Shown here: positions 28,459-42,445 of the stretch, piece by piece
Position numbering within the stretch: the stretch's first letter is position 1
Layout of the letters: each line of letters begins with the position of its first letter
Origin: Octopus sinensis
Lineage: Eukaryota
DNA: 64,000 nt
Direction of reading: 5' to 3'
Assembly (NCBI RefSeq): GCF_006345805.1
Contig: NC_043017.1
Span: 7,192,001 to 7,256,000 of the forward strand
Notes under the pieces: generated by a model
Databases searched by the model: none
What the model saw: only the letters and a program-made list of their open reading frames with translations
What the model was told of the DNA's origin: nothing
Position numbers and translations under genes: made by a program

Positions 28459-28657
28459 TAGGCAGGACGTGGACACATGGTAGAGCAAATCCTCAAAGCA
28501 TCTGGACAGGGTATGGGCACTTTGTAGAACAAACCCTCAAAGGAACTAGACAGGTTATGGACACATGGCAGAGCAAACCCTTAAAAGAACTAGGCAGGAT
28601 ATGGACATATGATAGAGCAAACCCTCAAAGGAAGTAGGCAGGGTATGGGTACATGGG
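28459..28657. repeat. Degenerate 44-bp minisatellite, ~4.5 units
   Basis: Consensus close to GGCAGGATATGGACACATGGTAGAGCAAACCCTCAAAGGAACTA. Confidence 0.8.
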
Positions 28658-30604
28658 TCAGGAGGGGGAAGGAGTGTGAATGAATTGGAATTCTTGGCTC
28701 ATTGATTAGTGATTAATTCCAGCATTTATATGAACAATGAGTAAAATGATTGTATGATACACTGGAGGGAATATTTAGTCGCAGTCTGCATTTTCGAGGT
28801 TTAGTGCAATTAAATCTTCCCATACATGGTAAATAGTCAAGATGTAGTCAAAAATAGCAGAGGATGACTCAGATATTGATGTCTGTTGTTTTCAATATCT
28901 GTTTTGTTGTTAAATTTGGAAGTTAGAAGTGGAATTTCTAATTGTCTGGGACAAAATAGAGATCAATAATCTATAGAACAACATAAGAGACAATCTCTAA
29001 ATGAGCTGATTCATCATTTTCATCATCATCATCATCGTTTTAAAGTCTACTTTTCTATGCTCTCATCAGTCAGAGGAAACTTGTTAAGACAGATTTTTTT
29101 GTAATGGCTGGGTACCATTCCTTCCTGTCACCAAATAAGCGAGTTTTTCCCTGTGGCCAGACATGTCTTTGTGGAATATTGGAAACGAATGACACTGCTT
29201 GTATGATAATTATACTAATTTTCCACTGTCACATGATGTCAGAGCAAGGAAACAATCACACACACACCATCAGCATTTAACATCCGTTTTCCATGTTAGC
29301 ATGGGTTAGACAGCTTTGCAGGGACTGGCAAGGCCAAGGGCTGCATCAGGTTCCACAGTCTGTTTTAGCTTGGATGCCCTTCCTAACACCAACCACTCCA
29401 CTTCAGAGTGTACTGGGTGCTTTTTACATGGCACCAGCACCAGTACTTTTTATGTGGCAGCAGTACCCACACCAATACTTTTTCATGGCACCTTGGTTTT
29501 AAGATCTCAGTTCTATTGTGGTGAATGGGTCTTCTTTAGTACAGTGATGTGCCATATATCTTGGTCAGCCTTCCACTCACAAAGCTTTGATCAGCCCAGG
29601 AGTAGAATAGAAGACAAGGTGCCATGCAGTGGGACTGAACCTGAAACTATGTGGTTGGAATGTAAACTTCTAAACCATACAGTAACCTGTAATGCAAAAG
29701 GTCAGCTCTTCACAAGCCAAGTACCTGATCATGTTTTTGATTTCTGCATTGCCCTCTTCAATGCAACAAAATGTGCTCAACACACTGTTGAATAGTGAGC
29801 AAATAAGTGGGGGAAAATGTAGGGTGAAAAGGACTTTTAAATCCTGTCTTGTTGATGACACAACAACCTTTCTAAGGCAGGTGATATGATAAAGTGCACT
29901 CAGAACACTCTGTAAAGTGGGTGGTGATGGGAAGGGCATCCAATCATAGAAATCATTCTACTGAAAATTATGATTAAAACATGGTCCACCAACTCATCCA
30001 GGAGGGTAGTTTTCTCAGATAAGAATTTCCCCAGGTTGTGATGGCTGTCAAATCCATGCAAGCATGGAAAGTGGACATGAAATGATTGCATGTGTATCAG
30101 TGTATATGTGTGGGTGTATGCATGTATATGTATGAATATGGATATTATGTAAATATACATAAACACTGATGGAACAGCCATTATATCCCTATTGTGTATA
30201 TTAATAAATATTCATACATGTGTAAATATATATGTGTATGTGCATGTGTGATTATATATGTATGTGTGTGTATGTGTGAGCATAAATATATATATGTAAG
30301 TATTTATGTAAGTGTAATATATGAACATATACGCACACATTTAAACATTTATATATGCATTGATAAAGCTATTATCTTTTATATCTGTTATATATTAACA
30401 CCACACAATCACACACACACACATATATAATGTGTGTATGTGTATAATATAAATACGTACATACACACACAACTCTCTAAATATCTGTCTGTCTGTCTAT
30501 CCATCCATCCACCCACCCACCTATCCATCCACCTATCTATCCATCCACCTATCTATCTATATATCTCTATATATATCTATATATATATATACATATATAT
30601 ATAC

Positions 30605-30635
<31 letters not shown>

Positions 30636-30787
30636 TATATATATATACACACACACACACATATATATACACACACACACACATATATATATACACACAC
30701 ACACACATATATATATACACACACACACACACCACACATATATATACACACACACACACATATATATACACACACACACACATATAT

Positions 30788-30820
<33 letters not shown>

Positions 30821-31591
30821 CACACATGTATGTGTATATGTGTGTGTGTGTGTGTGTTTGATGGCATAGACATTATCCATTGCATGTATTTATAGAAACG
30901 AGAAAACCTCTTACATAACAGCATTGATCTCGTGTTTTTTTTTTCCCAAGCCGGATGTAAACAGCTTTGAGCAATCAGGATACTGTAAAAATTTCCAAGA
31001 GACGAGTGTGTATGCATGTATTCATATATGTATGAGTGTGTATATATATATCCATGTGTGTGTATATTGATGTAAACAGTCACTAAATTTGAAGATTTAA
31101 TTTAGATACACAAACATGTGTATGTATATGTGTGTATACACATATATGGTTGTGTGTGTGTATATAGATGGATGTGTGTATATGCACGAGTTCTTTATCT
31201 GTTATTTTCTGCCAGCATGGGTTAGATGAATATATTACTGAGGTATTGATTTACTGCAAGATATCCTTCCTGTCCATAAGTCTTACATCTTTTATTCTTC
31301 ATGTCTTTGGAGCTATAAAACTAGTGACAGTTTGGTGACAGGGGAAATGACAAGGTCACAGATTTGTGCTCAGTGATTTTGGGGGAGATGCAAATATAAA
31401 CAAACAAAGGGACACACAGACACACTCAGGACTACTTATACTTCCCCCACCACTGTTCCCTGGGGGTAGAACTCAATACATCTCCAACAATCTCTCTTTT
31501 TCCGTCTACCTTTCTTTCTAACTCTTTCCCAGATTCCTTGTGGATGTAAAACCCTGAATAACTCCATAGACCAGCCATAACTTTCTTTATG

Positions 31592-31662
<71 letters not shown>

Positions 31663-32665
31663 GTGCTTGTGCCACATAAAAAGCACTACTCACCTCGCCT
31701 GTGCTTGTGCCATGAAAAAAAGCACTAAGTCCACTCTGCTGAGTGGTTGGTGCTAGGAAGGGCATCCAGCTATAAAGATCCAGCCAAAGCAGGCTTTGGC
31801 CTGGCCAGCTCTTGTGAAAGCATCCCACCCATACTAGCATGGAAGGCGGACGTTGATGATGATATATATATATATATATATATATATCATCAATGTATCA
31901 TATATTAAAAAAAGAAGCAGATTCTAAAGCAGGGACCATATAAAATTTTGGGGGATCCACAGATGCAATTTAGTAAATTGGGGGTCCACAGAAATTTTTT
32001 AAGGACCATGAAAAACTTGTGCTTCAGACCAGTAAAATTTATGGGCAACAAGCAGGTCAAACTTCCCCAATACACAAAATATTTTTATGCAAGTCCAAAT
32101 AATATTTAATTATAAAAATACGATTGGATTTTTTTTTTAAACATCGAATGGCAATGAGGGTCCACAGAAATAAAATAGGAATCAAAGGGGTTCATAGGAA
32201 AAAAATGGTTGAGAACCCCTACTCTGAAGCATAAAGCAGTAAAGTATTAAAGTAATAAAGTTAATGTCTGGTCATAGAGTGATTGATGGTTTTGCATCCA
32301 CGAACATCTCATCAGACTTAGTCCGAAGTCTATATATATATTCAATCATTTGTTTTACTTCTGTGTTTCCATGTTGGCATGAGTTAGATGCGTATATTAT
32401 TGAGGCGTTGTTTTACAGCTGAGAACTCTTCCTGTCACTAACTTTTATCTGTTTTTCAAATTTGAGATCTTGTATTTCTCATATCTTCCAAGATTCTGAG
32501 TGAATCACTTTCTTAGAGTGCAAACGTAATTAGACGCTAACACACACACACACACACATGTTCATATTCTGTTTTGTTGTCATCCTATTTCTTGACATCG
32601 TTGCAAAGGTAATTTATTATCAATCTGCTTATATACACCTATACTATTATACACATATACACACA

Positions 32666-32699
<34 letters not shown>

Positions 32700-32703
<4 letters not shown>

Positions 32704-33109
32704 TGAGTATCTGTATAACATATGGATATAATATATATATATACATATATATATATTCATATACACACACACATTCATACAAATGTGTGTATGTGTGAGT
32801 TTGTATGAAACATTATATACACAAACTCACATGCACACTCACACACTCACACAACATACATGTGTGTGTGAGAAGTAAGCAACTGAACCACAGTCATGCT
32901 TGTGTGCATATATGTGACACACTATGTGATGAGGCTGAAAATGAGATGGTATTGGTCACAGCTGGAATGTCTTTGATCGTAGATTTGCCAGATCAGGGCT
33001 GGCTTGCAGCAAAGCATCGATAATGAAGCAGAGGAGAGTTGAAAATATTGACTATGTATGGTGAATGGACATGAAACTGATAAAGGAAAAAGGATGGGGT
33101 GAGAGAGAA

Positions 33110-33160
<51 letters not shown>

Positions 33161-33187
33161 AGAGAGAGAGATGGAGAGAGAGAGATG

Positions 33188-33236
<49 letters not shown>

Positions 33237-34900
33237 AGAGAGAGAGATGGAGAGAGAGAGAGATGGAGAGAGAGAGATGGAGAGAGAGAGAGAGAAACAA
33301 AGAGCAAGAGATGTGACTGAAGAGGAGGTGAGATGAGTAATAGAGAAACAGGTGGAGGAAAGAGGGGAAAAAAACAGGTGAAAAATAGAAGGAGGGGGAA
33401 AAGATGGAGAGCAGGCAGAGGATGAGGTGAGAGGAAGAGACAGAAAGAGAGAGAGAGAGAGAGAATGGGAAAAGGGGAGAGAGAGAGAGTAAAGAAGTGA
33501 TTTCAGAAAGATTTTTTAAATGATAGAAGTGAAGGAGGGGGAAGAAGGAGTAAGTTGAAAATAGAGAGAGGGGGAAAGAGAAAAAGAAAGAGGAGAAAGA
33601 GAGAGAGAGAGGGAGTAAGGGTGTGAGTGAGATCAAGAGACTGAAAGAGAAACAGTCAAAGATCTGAAGATTAATGACACTACACACGTATAAAATGCAT
33701 AATTATACATAAATACTTATATATAGATACACAAATACCTGCATATAGTGTATATATATATACATTATATAACATATATATATACATTATATAATATATA
33801 TATATACATATATAATATATATATATATATATATATAAGTGAGTATCTGTATAACATATGGATATAATATATATATACATATATATATATTCATATACAC
33901 ACACACATTCATACAAATGTGTGTATGTGTGAGTTTGTATGAAACATTATATACACAAACTCACACACACACACACACACACATGCACACACATACACAC
34001 TCACACAACATACATGTGTGTGTGAGAAGTAAGCAACTGAACCACAGTCACGCTTGTGTGCATATATGTGACACACTATGTGATGAGGCTGAAAATGAGA
34101 TGGTATTGGTCACAGCTGGAATGTCTTTGATCGTAGATTTGCCAGATCAGGGCTGGCTTGCAGCAAAGCATCGATAATGAAGCAGAGGAGAGTTGAAAAT
34201 ATTGACTATGTATGGTGAATGGACATGAAACTGATAAAGGAAAAAGGATGGGGTGAGAGAGAAAGGGAGAGAGAGATGGAGAGAGAGAGAGAGAGATGGA
34301 GAGAGAGAGAGAGAGATGGAGAGAGAGAGAGAGAGAGAAACAAAGAGCAAGAGATGTGACTGAAGAGGAGGTGAGATGAGTAATAGAGAAACAGGTGGAG
34401 GAAAGAGGGGAAAAAAACAGGTGAAAAATAGAAGGAGGGGGAAAAGATGGAGAGCAGGCAGAGGATGAGGTGGGAGGAAGAGACAGAAAGAGAGAGAGAG
34501 AGAATGGGAAAAGGGGAGAGAGAGAGGGAATGGGAAAAGGGGAGAGAGAGAGAGTAAAGAAGTGATTTCAGAGAGATTTTTTAAATGATAGAAGTGAAGG
34601 AGGGGGAAGAAGGAGTAAGTTGAAAATAGAGAGAGGGGGAAAGAGAAAAAGAAAGAGGAGAAAGAGAGAGAGAGAGAGGGAGTAAGGGTGTGAGTGAGAT
34701 CAAGAGACTGAAAGAGAAACAGTCAAAGATCTGAAGATTAATGACACTACACACACACACACGTATAAAATGCATAATTATACATAAATACTTATATATA
34801 GATACACAAATACCTGCATATAGTGTATATATATATACATTATATAACATATATATATACATTATATAATATATATATATACATTATATAATATATATAT
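32700..34900. repeat. ~1.14-kb direct tandem duplication
   Basis: Unique sequence at 32701 (AAGTGAGTATCTGTATAAC...) recurs at ~33837. Non-repeat parts are near-identical and microsatellite lengths differ. Confidence 0.92.
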
Positions 34901-34928
34901 ATGTACACTCACACATATATCAATACAA

Positions 34929-34962
<34 letters not shown>

Positions 34963-36701
34963 TACATAAATACATATATACACACACACACACACGAGAA
35001 ACCTGTTAATTTCATGAGAAACTCTCTACCATTGTATTTCAAAGAATGGATTAAGGTTCCATTGATATGACTTAGAGATTAGCAGCCATATTAAATCCAT
35101 TTCCTCTCGTATGTTAATAAACATATTGACAATCCCACCCAAGACCACTGTATCCTGATTCCCTCTCTCTCTCTCTCCCTTTCTAACAGTGTAGGTTTAG
35201 CTAAGGGTAATCCAGGGAGTTATTGATTTAAACCTCATTATTAAGGAAGCAAACACAATTGATTTTTTGGGAGTTTCCCTCTGAAATTCCAGTAATTTCT
35301 AGAACTTGGGCAATCATGATTGATCAGGGGAATAAGGATAGGGTAAGGATGGGAGGTTATTAGTTGATATCCCAACAGTGGCACTGTACTGTGATCAAGG
35401 TTCAAATCTAAATGTCTCTGAAGGCCTCTGTATTGTTGATCCTTGGTTTCAATATCATGTGTCACTTACTGCAAAGGTACAGAGTTCTTAACCAGAGTTT
35501 GAGAGGTACAGGGTTTGATTCTCTGTAGCAGCCTGCAAGCCAATTTTTTAAGGTGACGAGCAAGTAGAACCATTAGTACACCTGGCAAAATGCTTAGTGG
35601 CATTTTGTCCGTCTTAGTGTTCTGAATTCCAATTCCGCCAAGGTCACCTTTGCCTTTCATCCTCATGGGGTTGATGAAATAAGTACCAATTGAATACTGG
35701 GGTTGATGTAATTGGTTTAACTCCTCGCTCGAAATTTCAGACTTAATGCCAAAATATAAAACCAATATTATGGATTCAATGAGAGATTATGCTCCCCTGG
35801 ATGTGACACCAGTCTATCATAAGTGATATCACTCAGATGATCTGATGGTACCTATTGACAGTTAGGGTAAACTGAGATAATACAGAATACAGCGTACTAT
35901 CATAGAGCCCCAGATGATGTGTTTATAGTGATCAAATATTTGTGCTGTACATTAGTTCACTGCCTCTATCATGTTGAAATTACTTGTACAAAGGCACAGT
36001 GTGCCACATGTCATATCCTGAAGAGATCGCAGAGCAACACAAGGTGAAGTGTCTTGCTCAAGAACACGAAGTACCATTCCGTCTAGGAATTGAAACCATG
36101 ACCTTGCAACCGTGAGCGCAATGTCCCACTGTTAGGCCATGTGGTCAGTACTAATGTACTAAACATGTGTGTGTGTGTGTGTGTAGCAATGCCATCATCA
36201 ATATAGAGGAACTACTCAATCAGGAGGAAATTGTAATTCTCAGATACGGGAAACAGCTGCTGCTGTTGCCAAGGATATAAATACGCGTGTGCATGTATGT
36301 AGATATCTTTATATGTTTATATACACAAACATAAAGATAAGTTAAAGCACACATCTTTATGTAATAAATCACATATAAGATGAATCTAGATAAAATATAA
36401 TCACATACTTCAATAGTGTGTGTGAGAGAGAGAATGTATGTGATGTAGTGGTTAGTGTGTTAGGTTCTTGTTTGTGAGGTCGTGGCTTTGATGAAAAACG
36501 AATTCTGCTATTCTAGTTCTTGTACTGACCTCACTCTTTCCAGTTGCTACATTCTGGGATGTTCCACTTCCATCAGATCAAGTATGAGAAGGTTGAGAGG
36601 GAAATGGTGTTTATTCATCACTATTCAGGCACCTGTAAAACAATTTACTATGAAGGTATACCTATGTGTGAGTGATGGCTTTGAGCTTTACATATATATT
36701 G

Positions 36702-37272
36702 TTGGATCAGGTAATGAAGGTCACGGAGAGGGTCATAGCCCAACTAATTAGGGAAAGAGTAAGTTTAGATGAGATGCAGTTTGGGTTCGTGCCAGGGAAA
36801 AGCACCACTGATGCTATATTTCTGGTAAGACAGCTGCAGGAGAAATACCTAGACAAAGATAAACCTCAGTACCTGGCTTTCGTTGACATGGAGAAAGCCT
36901 TTGACAGGGTTCTCCGATCCCTTATCTGGTGGTCAATGAGGAAACTAGGGATAGATGAATGGTTAGTGAGAGCTGTGCAAGCCATGTACAGGGACACTGT
37001 CAGTTAGGTGAGGGTTGGCAACAAGTACAGTGAAGAATTCCGGGTAGAGGTAGGGGTCTATCAAGGTTCAGTCCTCAGCCCTCTCCTATTTATCATAGTC
37101 CTCCAGGTAATAACGGAGAAATTCAAGACAGGATGCTCCTGGGAGCTCCTCTATGCTGATGACCTTGCTCTAATTGCTGAGTCACTATCAGAACTAGAGG
37201 AGAAGTTTCAGGTGTGGAAGCAAGGATTAGAATTGAAGGGCCTTAGAGTCAACCTAACTAAAACCAAAGTTT
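36702..37272 (+). mobile_element. RTE-clade LINE reverse transcriptase fragment (pseudogene)
   Basis: QFGFVPGKSTTDAIF, AFVDMEKAFDRV, GVYQGSVLSPLLF and LLYADDL motifs in one frame, with a single in-frame TAG at 37005-37007. Confidence 0.93.
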
Positions 37273-38876
37273 ATATATATATATATTCCGGCATGGCTGC
37301 AGCCTAAGAGCTGGGATGTATAAAAGAATACATCTGTTATCTTTCACTTGGTTCAGTCACTGGACTGCGGCCATGCTGGGGCACTGTCTTGAAGAATTTT
37401 TAGTCAAATGAATCAACTCTAACACTTAGTTTTTTTTAAAGCCTGGTACATATTCTATCAGTTTCTGTTACTGAACTGCTAAGTTACAGGGATGTAAACA
37501 CAGATGTAAACACAGATGTCAAGTGGTGGTGGTGGGGAATTGGACACAAAGACACATACACACCTATAGACGATGGGCTTCTTTCAGTTTCCATCTACCA
37601 AGTCTTCTCACAAGGCTCTGGTTGGCCTTGGAGCAACCAGAAGACATTTGCCCAAGGTGTCACAAAGTGGGTCTGAACCCAGAATCATGTGGTTAGCAAA
37701 CAAGTTTTTTATCACGCAGCCATGCCTGCACCTATGTATATATATATATCTGATGTATAAGATAAGATAAAACTCACAAACATAATTTTGTCTCATTTTA
37801 CAGTATTATTGTTTAAAAGAAATGACACGGCTACCCTACTTTGATAAAGTGATATCTACGGGTACATGGCACATCCGTTACACTCCTACTCACACATCAG
37901 CTTAAGTAATTTCTCATATTCTTTGGGATGAAATTTTATACCCAAGAATATTTTTTATATTTTTTTCATTCTTCTGCTATTGCACTTGTGTTTTTTTTTT
38001 AATTGTGTTTTTTTCTTTCCTCTCATTTCAAATATGCAGAAGGGATCTGTTGGTATATTTACTTATTACCCACCTATCTATCTCTTACATTCCTATATTT
38101 ATCTACAAATATCCGTTTACCTAAAATCTTACATCATTACTGCTGTGAGAGGTAACCAAAATAAACAACAGCAAAATAATCTCATTATATAAAGAAAAGA
38201 AGGAAGGAAAATGGGACAAGAAAAAAAAAATCGTTCATTCTTGCGCAGCACTATTGGGTCTGCTGTAGGCAATATGTGCTTTTTGTGGGGTCTGGGGGTA
38301 GCAAATGGAAGGGCCCCACCCTGGGCAGCTTACACTCTAGCTATGCTAGTGGGTATAGTCCATCTGACGGAAGTATGGTTCCTGCCTACACAATATCATT
38401 TATAAGCCTTGGGTTGATTTGATGCTATAGCATGAGACACTTGCACGAGGTGCTCTGGAACCATGCTCTCTGGGTACCTCATTCCATTGACAGAACCTAT
38501 CAAGTCTTCATTTGAAGATGACTATTACAGAATTTAAAATTTTAACATTTCCCCAGTAAAAATCCATAAAAAAAAAATAACGAAAAATATCCATTTGAGT
38601 GAATTCTGCAGGTATGCACAGTACTGCCTGACTGGCATATAAAAAGCACCATTCGAGTGTGGTCAAAGCCAGTCCCACCGAACTGGCTCCCATGCTGGTG
38701 GTGCATAAAAAGTTCTCACTACACTCTCAGAGTGGCTGGCATTAGGAAGGGTATACAGCTGTAGAAACCTTGCCAGATCAGATTGGAGCCTGGCGCAGCC
38801 TCCTGGCTTGCCAGTTCTCAGTCAAACCGTCCAACCCATGCAAGCATGGAAAGCGGATGTTAAACGATATTGATGA

Positions 38877-38930
<54 letters not shown>

Positions 38931-39699
38931 TAATAACACGTATAAGGATGTGCTATAAGGAGCATTGGCCAGGAGGAACTGATGTCATCAGACAGTATCC
39001 AACAATCCTCAGGTGTTTCAACCCTGAACCGTAACATCCTCCTATTGGTGGGTCAGCAGAGATGGCCAAGTCACTGCTCCTCATGGCTTCCAGCTTATCT
39101 CTTCTCTCTTGCTCCAAAGCCAACAAGAGGCTCTTTCAGATTCCTTTCCCATCCTGCGCACAGTGCTCCCACCCTTCACTTCTTATTCCATATGTGTGTG
39201 TGTGTGATGTATGCGTTTATGTGCTTAGAGAGTATACCTATGAAAGTCCTCTCCCCACCCCTCGGAAAATATTTTCCCCACAAATTTCTTTATAATCGTA
39301 TATAAAGGTATTTATATAAAATTTCATTAAAAGATATCCATTTTCCATACATTACGAGGGAAAAAATCGGATCTTGTGAATTTTCCTAACATCCTCTCCC
39401 CACACCCGGTTCGTTAGCGCAAATATTTGTTTTATATTCGTTCAATACAGATTTTTTTTACATCTATTACACTTTTTCTTTTGTTTTGGTGGCCGGGTGC
39501 TAAACATTAACCAAAAAGAAAAAATAATAATAAAGCCTGGAGTTGATTTATTTGACTAAACTTTCAAGGTGGTGCCCCAGCATTGCCGCAGTCAAATAAA
39601 TGAAACAAGTCAAAGATTAAAGATAGTGTAAATTACATCATTAAAAAAAAAAAATTCAAGTTTCATTCTGTAAGTATCATGTATGTGTGCGCCCACTTA

Positions 39700-39731
<32 letters not shown>

Positions 39732-40377
39732 TCTAATTAAATTCCAGTATAATCGTAATCCATACCATCTGAAAGGTATTTGTAGAAAAGTTCCTTAATA
39801 AATACCCATATTTCTGAAAATAATGAGGAAACAAAGTCAACTCGTGTGAATTATCCGAAACTCTTCGACTAACCCAACACCTCCGAAAAATCTTTTCATA
39901 ACAAATTCCGATATAATCGTAATTATACCATCTGAAATGGATTTGTAGAAAATCTCGTTAAAAAAATATTCATTTTTCATAAAGTGACGAAGAAACAAAG
40001 TTAATGATGGCATTGCTAAATTTTGTTTAGGCATGCCATCATTTAAATCTTCTGTCTACAGTTATATATTTAACACCCACGTCGCAAAAAAAAAGTTGAA
40101 CAACAAAATGAACTTGATTATTTTTGAGCTTGAATTATTAAGATTCCATCAAATTTTATTTCACCACCATTTTCATTAAATTTATCATGAATATGAAGTA
40201 ATTTCGATGATTTCGGAAATTTTCTTGTTTGCAAAATATGCCTCCCCCAGAATATGCGAATAACAATCGCTCAAATGCCATATTGATCTTCTTAACAAAT
40301 AAAGACACGCCATTTTTAATAGTGTATTATTTAAGACTTTGTTTTCAATGAATTTCTTCAATCAAAATGAATTCGAA

Positions 40378-40607
40378 GGCGGCGAGCTGGCAGAATCGTT
40401 AGCACGCTGGGCGAAATGCGTAGCCGTATTTCGTCTGCCGCTACGTTCTGAGTTCAAATTCCGCCGAGGTCGACTTTGCCTTTCATCCTTTAGGGGTCGA
40501 TTAAATAAGTTCCAGTTACGCACTGGGGTCGATATAATCGACTTAATCCCTTTTTCTGTCCTTGTTTGTCTCCTCTATGTTTAGCCCCTTGTGGGTAGTA
40601 AAGAAAT
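40378..40607 (+). mobile_element. tRNA-head SINE, family A (near-intact copy)
   Basis: GGCGGCGAGCTGGCAGAATCGTTAGCAC...GAGTTCAAATTCC (A/B-box-like)...GGGGTCGAT...AAAGAAAT. More than 15 diverged copies occur in the window (e.g. 1270, 1449, 2890, 14560, 15320, 17750, 24237, 35540, 47955). Confidence 0.85.
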
Positions 40608-42445
40608 TGATATTTATTCTAGTTTTACGTTCTGAGTTCAAATCCCACCGAAGTCCACTTTGTCTTTCATCCTTTCAGGGATAAAATACCAGTCGAACAC
40701 TGGGATCGATGTAATCGATTATCACCTTCCCATAAAATTTCAAGCCTTGTGCTTGTAAGTAGAACGAAAGCAATTCGATTTCTTCTTGAAAACTTGGCGC
40801 ACCCTTTCCTTTGTTTAAAGGTGTGCGCACACGCATAGGTGCACAATTTAGAGGAAACCTTGGCCATGACAATCTACGCTAGCGAGTTAGTCGTGTAATG
40901 TCGCTGGTGTTCCTATCATGCATTAAAACACCAATTATATCACGTCAAAATCGGCAATGTCGCTGTTTAAAAAAGAAAATTTTGATAAAATGCTCTTTGT
41001 TTTCTTATAGCATAATGAAAATATTTTTAAAGAAACAAACCCAATACATTCACCAATTACAATTACGGCCGAGCAAATAAGCTCATCGGATCGTTTTGTT
41101 ATTGTAATGATTGAGTTCAGAAAGTGTGACAGTGTATCAAATCACCATATCGTGGAAAAGCCATTCTAACCATCTAATAACACGGAGAACTGATACCTTT
41201 TCTTTAAATCTAACTCTTTTCCTGACCAAAGCATTTGTCCTGAGCGCCCATGCTTGTTGTTAGACTTTTAGTTAGCCTTGATTTCATACGTTCTGAGCAA
41301 TATATATATATATAGGAATGTGCATCATATACGATGCATGGACATTAGAGAAATATGTCCTGTATATCCTATGCGATACACAAGACAGGTAAAGAGTTAA
41401 AGTTTCTGTCGTAGTTGTGCGACAGAAATTCTGACCCTTCGTGAAATGAATTTTAATTTAGAGTGAATTTAACAGCTTTGTGTGTCGCTAGATGGTTTGG
41501 AATGGATCTTTCGTCAGACCAGCCGATATTTGCCGAGGCACTTCCAGATATGTTCATCGTTATTTCTATTGGATTCTTGAAGTACTCAATCATATTTTAA
41601 AATCTTTGATATATTATCACATAATTGATATTAAAATCCAGCATTAACTTTGAAGACACGATTTATTGAGAGAAAAAGGAAGAATATAAAAATAAAATGT
41701 GCTTGAATAATAATATTTATGACGACACGCTTAAATAATAACATTTATGGTCCCAATGATGTGATGTCTAAAATAAAGAACGAAAAAATTTCAATAAATG
41801 AAAATTTGGAGAAACGTAAATATTGTAACGAAAGTATTTTTCAAACATGTCCACTGTTTAGATTTTAGTCTAATCTATTGGGTTTACCCTTCTCCAGGGC
41901 GATTCACGTTCAAGACTAACTGAAGCTGTCGTAATTCTTTGCTCTAAGTCAATCTTGATGTCGCTTTTTCCTTATGTGCAAAGGAATTCGTGAATATTAT
42001 CCAACGTAGCCTCCTCTAAGAAGATGGAGTGTGGTTTGAGGGAGATTTAGCTGCTATCTCTAACAAGTCATATGGAGTGTAACGGTTTAGTCGTTGGTGA
42101 AGGCGGTGCCTCAACTAATTTGGTGCGACTGTGTTGAGCAGCGAGATCAGACAGGTGGTTCAATTAAATTAATGAGGTGTTACAGGTGGATTAACCTCAT
42201 TGGGCAGAAGTGAGAAAAAGGGAGATAATTTGAAGTTAATTATGGGCACCTGTCACGAAATTTGGCCGCCTCCCCCCGAATATAATAAAAGGCAATTCAC
42301 TTGAGCTGGAATTGGAATGTTGGGTAACTTCGTGGAACTGCTGTGAACTAAAAGGCAAACGAAATATTTCTTCACAAATAACTGCCGCCAGTAAGAATTT
42401 GAATTTATTTTATGATAATTATTATTTAAAAAAAAGGAAAAAATT

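Noticed and set aside
28459-28657. CRISPR-like array (also considered for 5593-6056 and 17317-17428)
   Set aside because: Units are contiguous degenerate tandem repeats without unique spacers, in eukaryotic context with no cas genes.
42140-42260. Three CAGGTG E-boxes upstream of the OTU start as a germline enhancer
   Set aside because: Short motifs with no independent support; TSS unknown.
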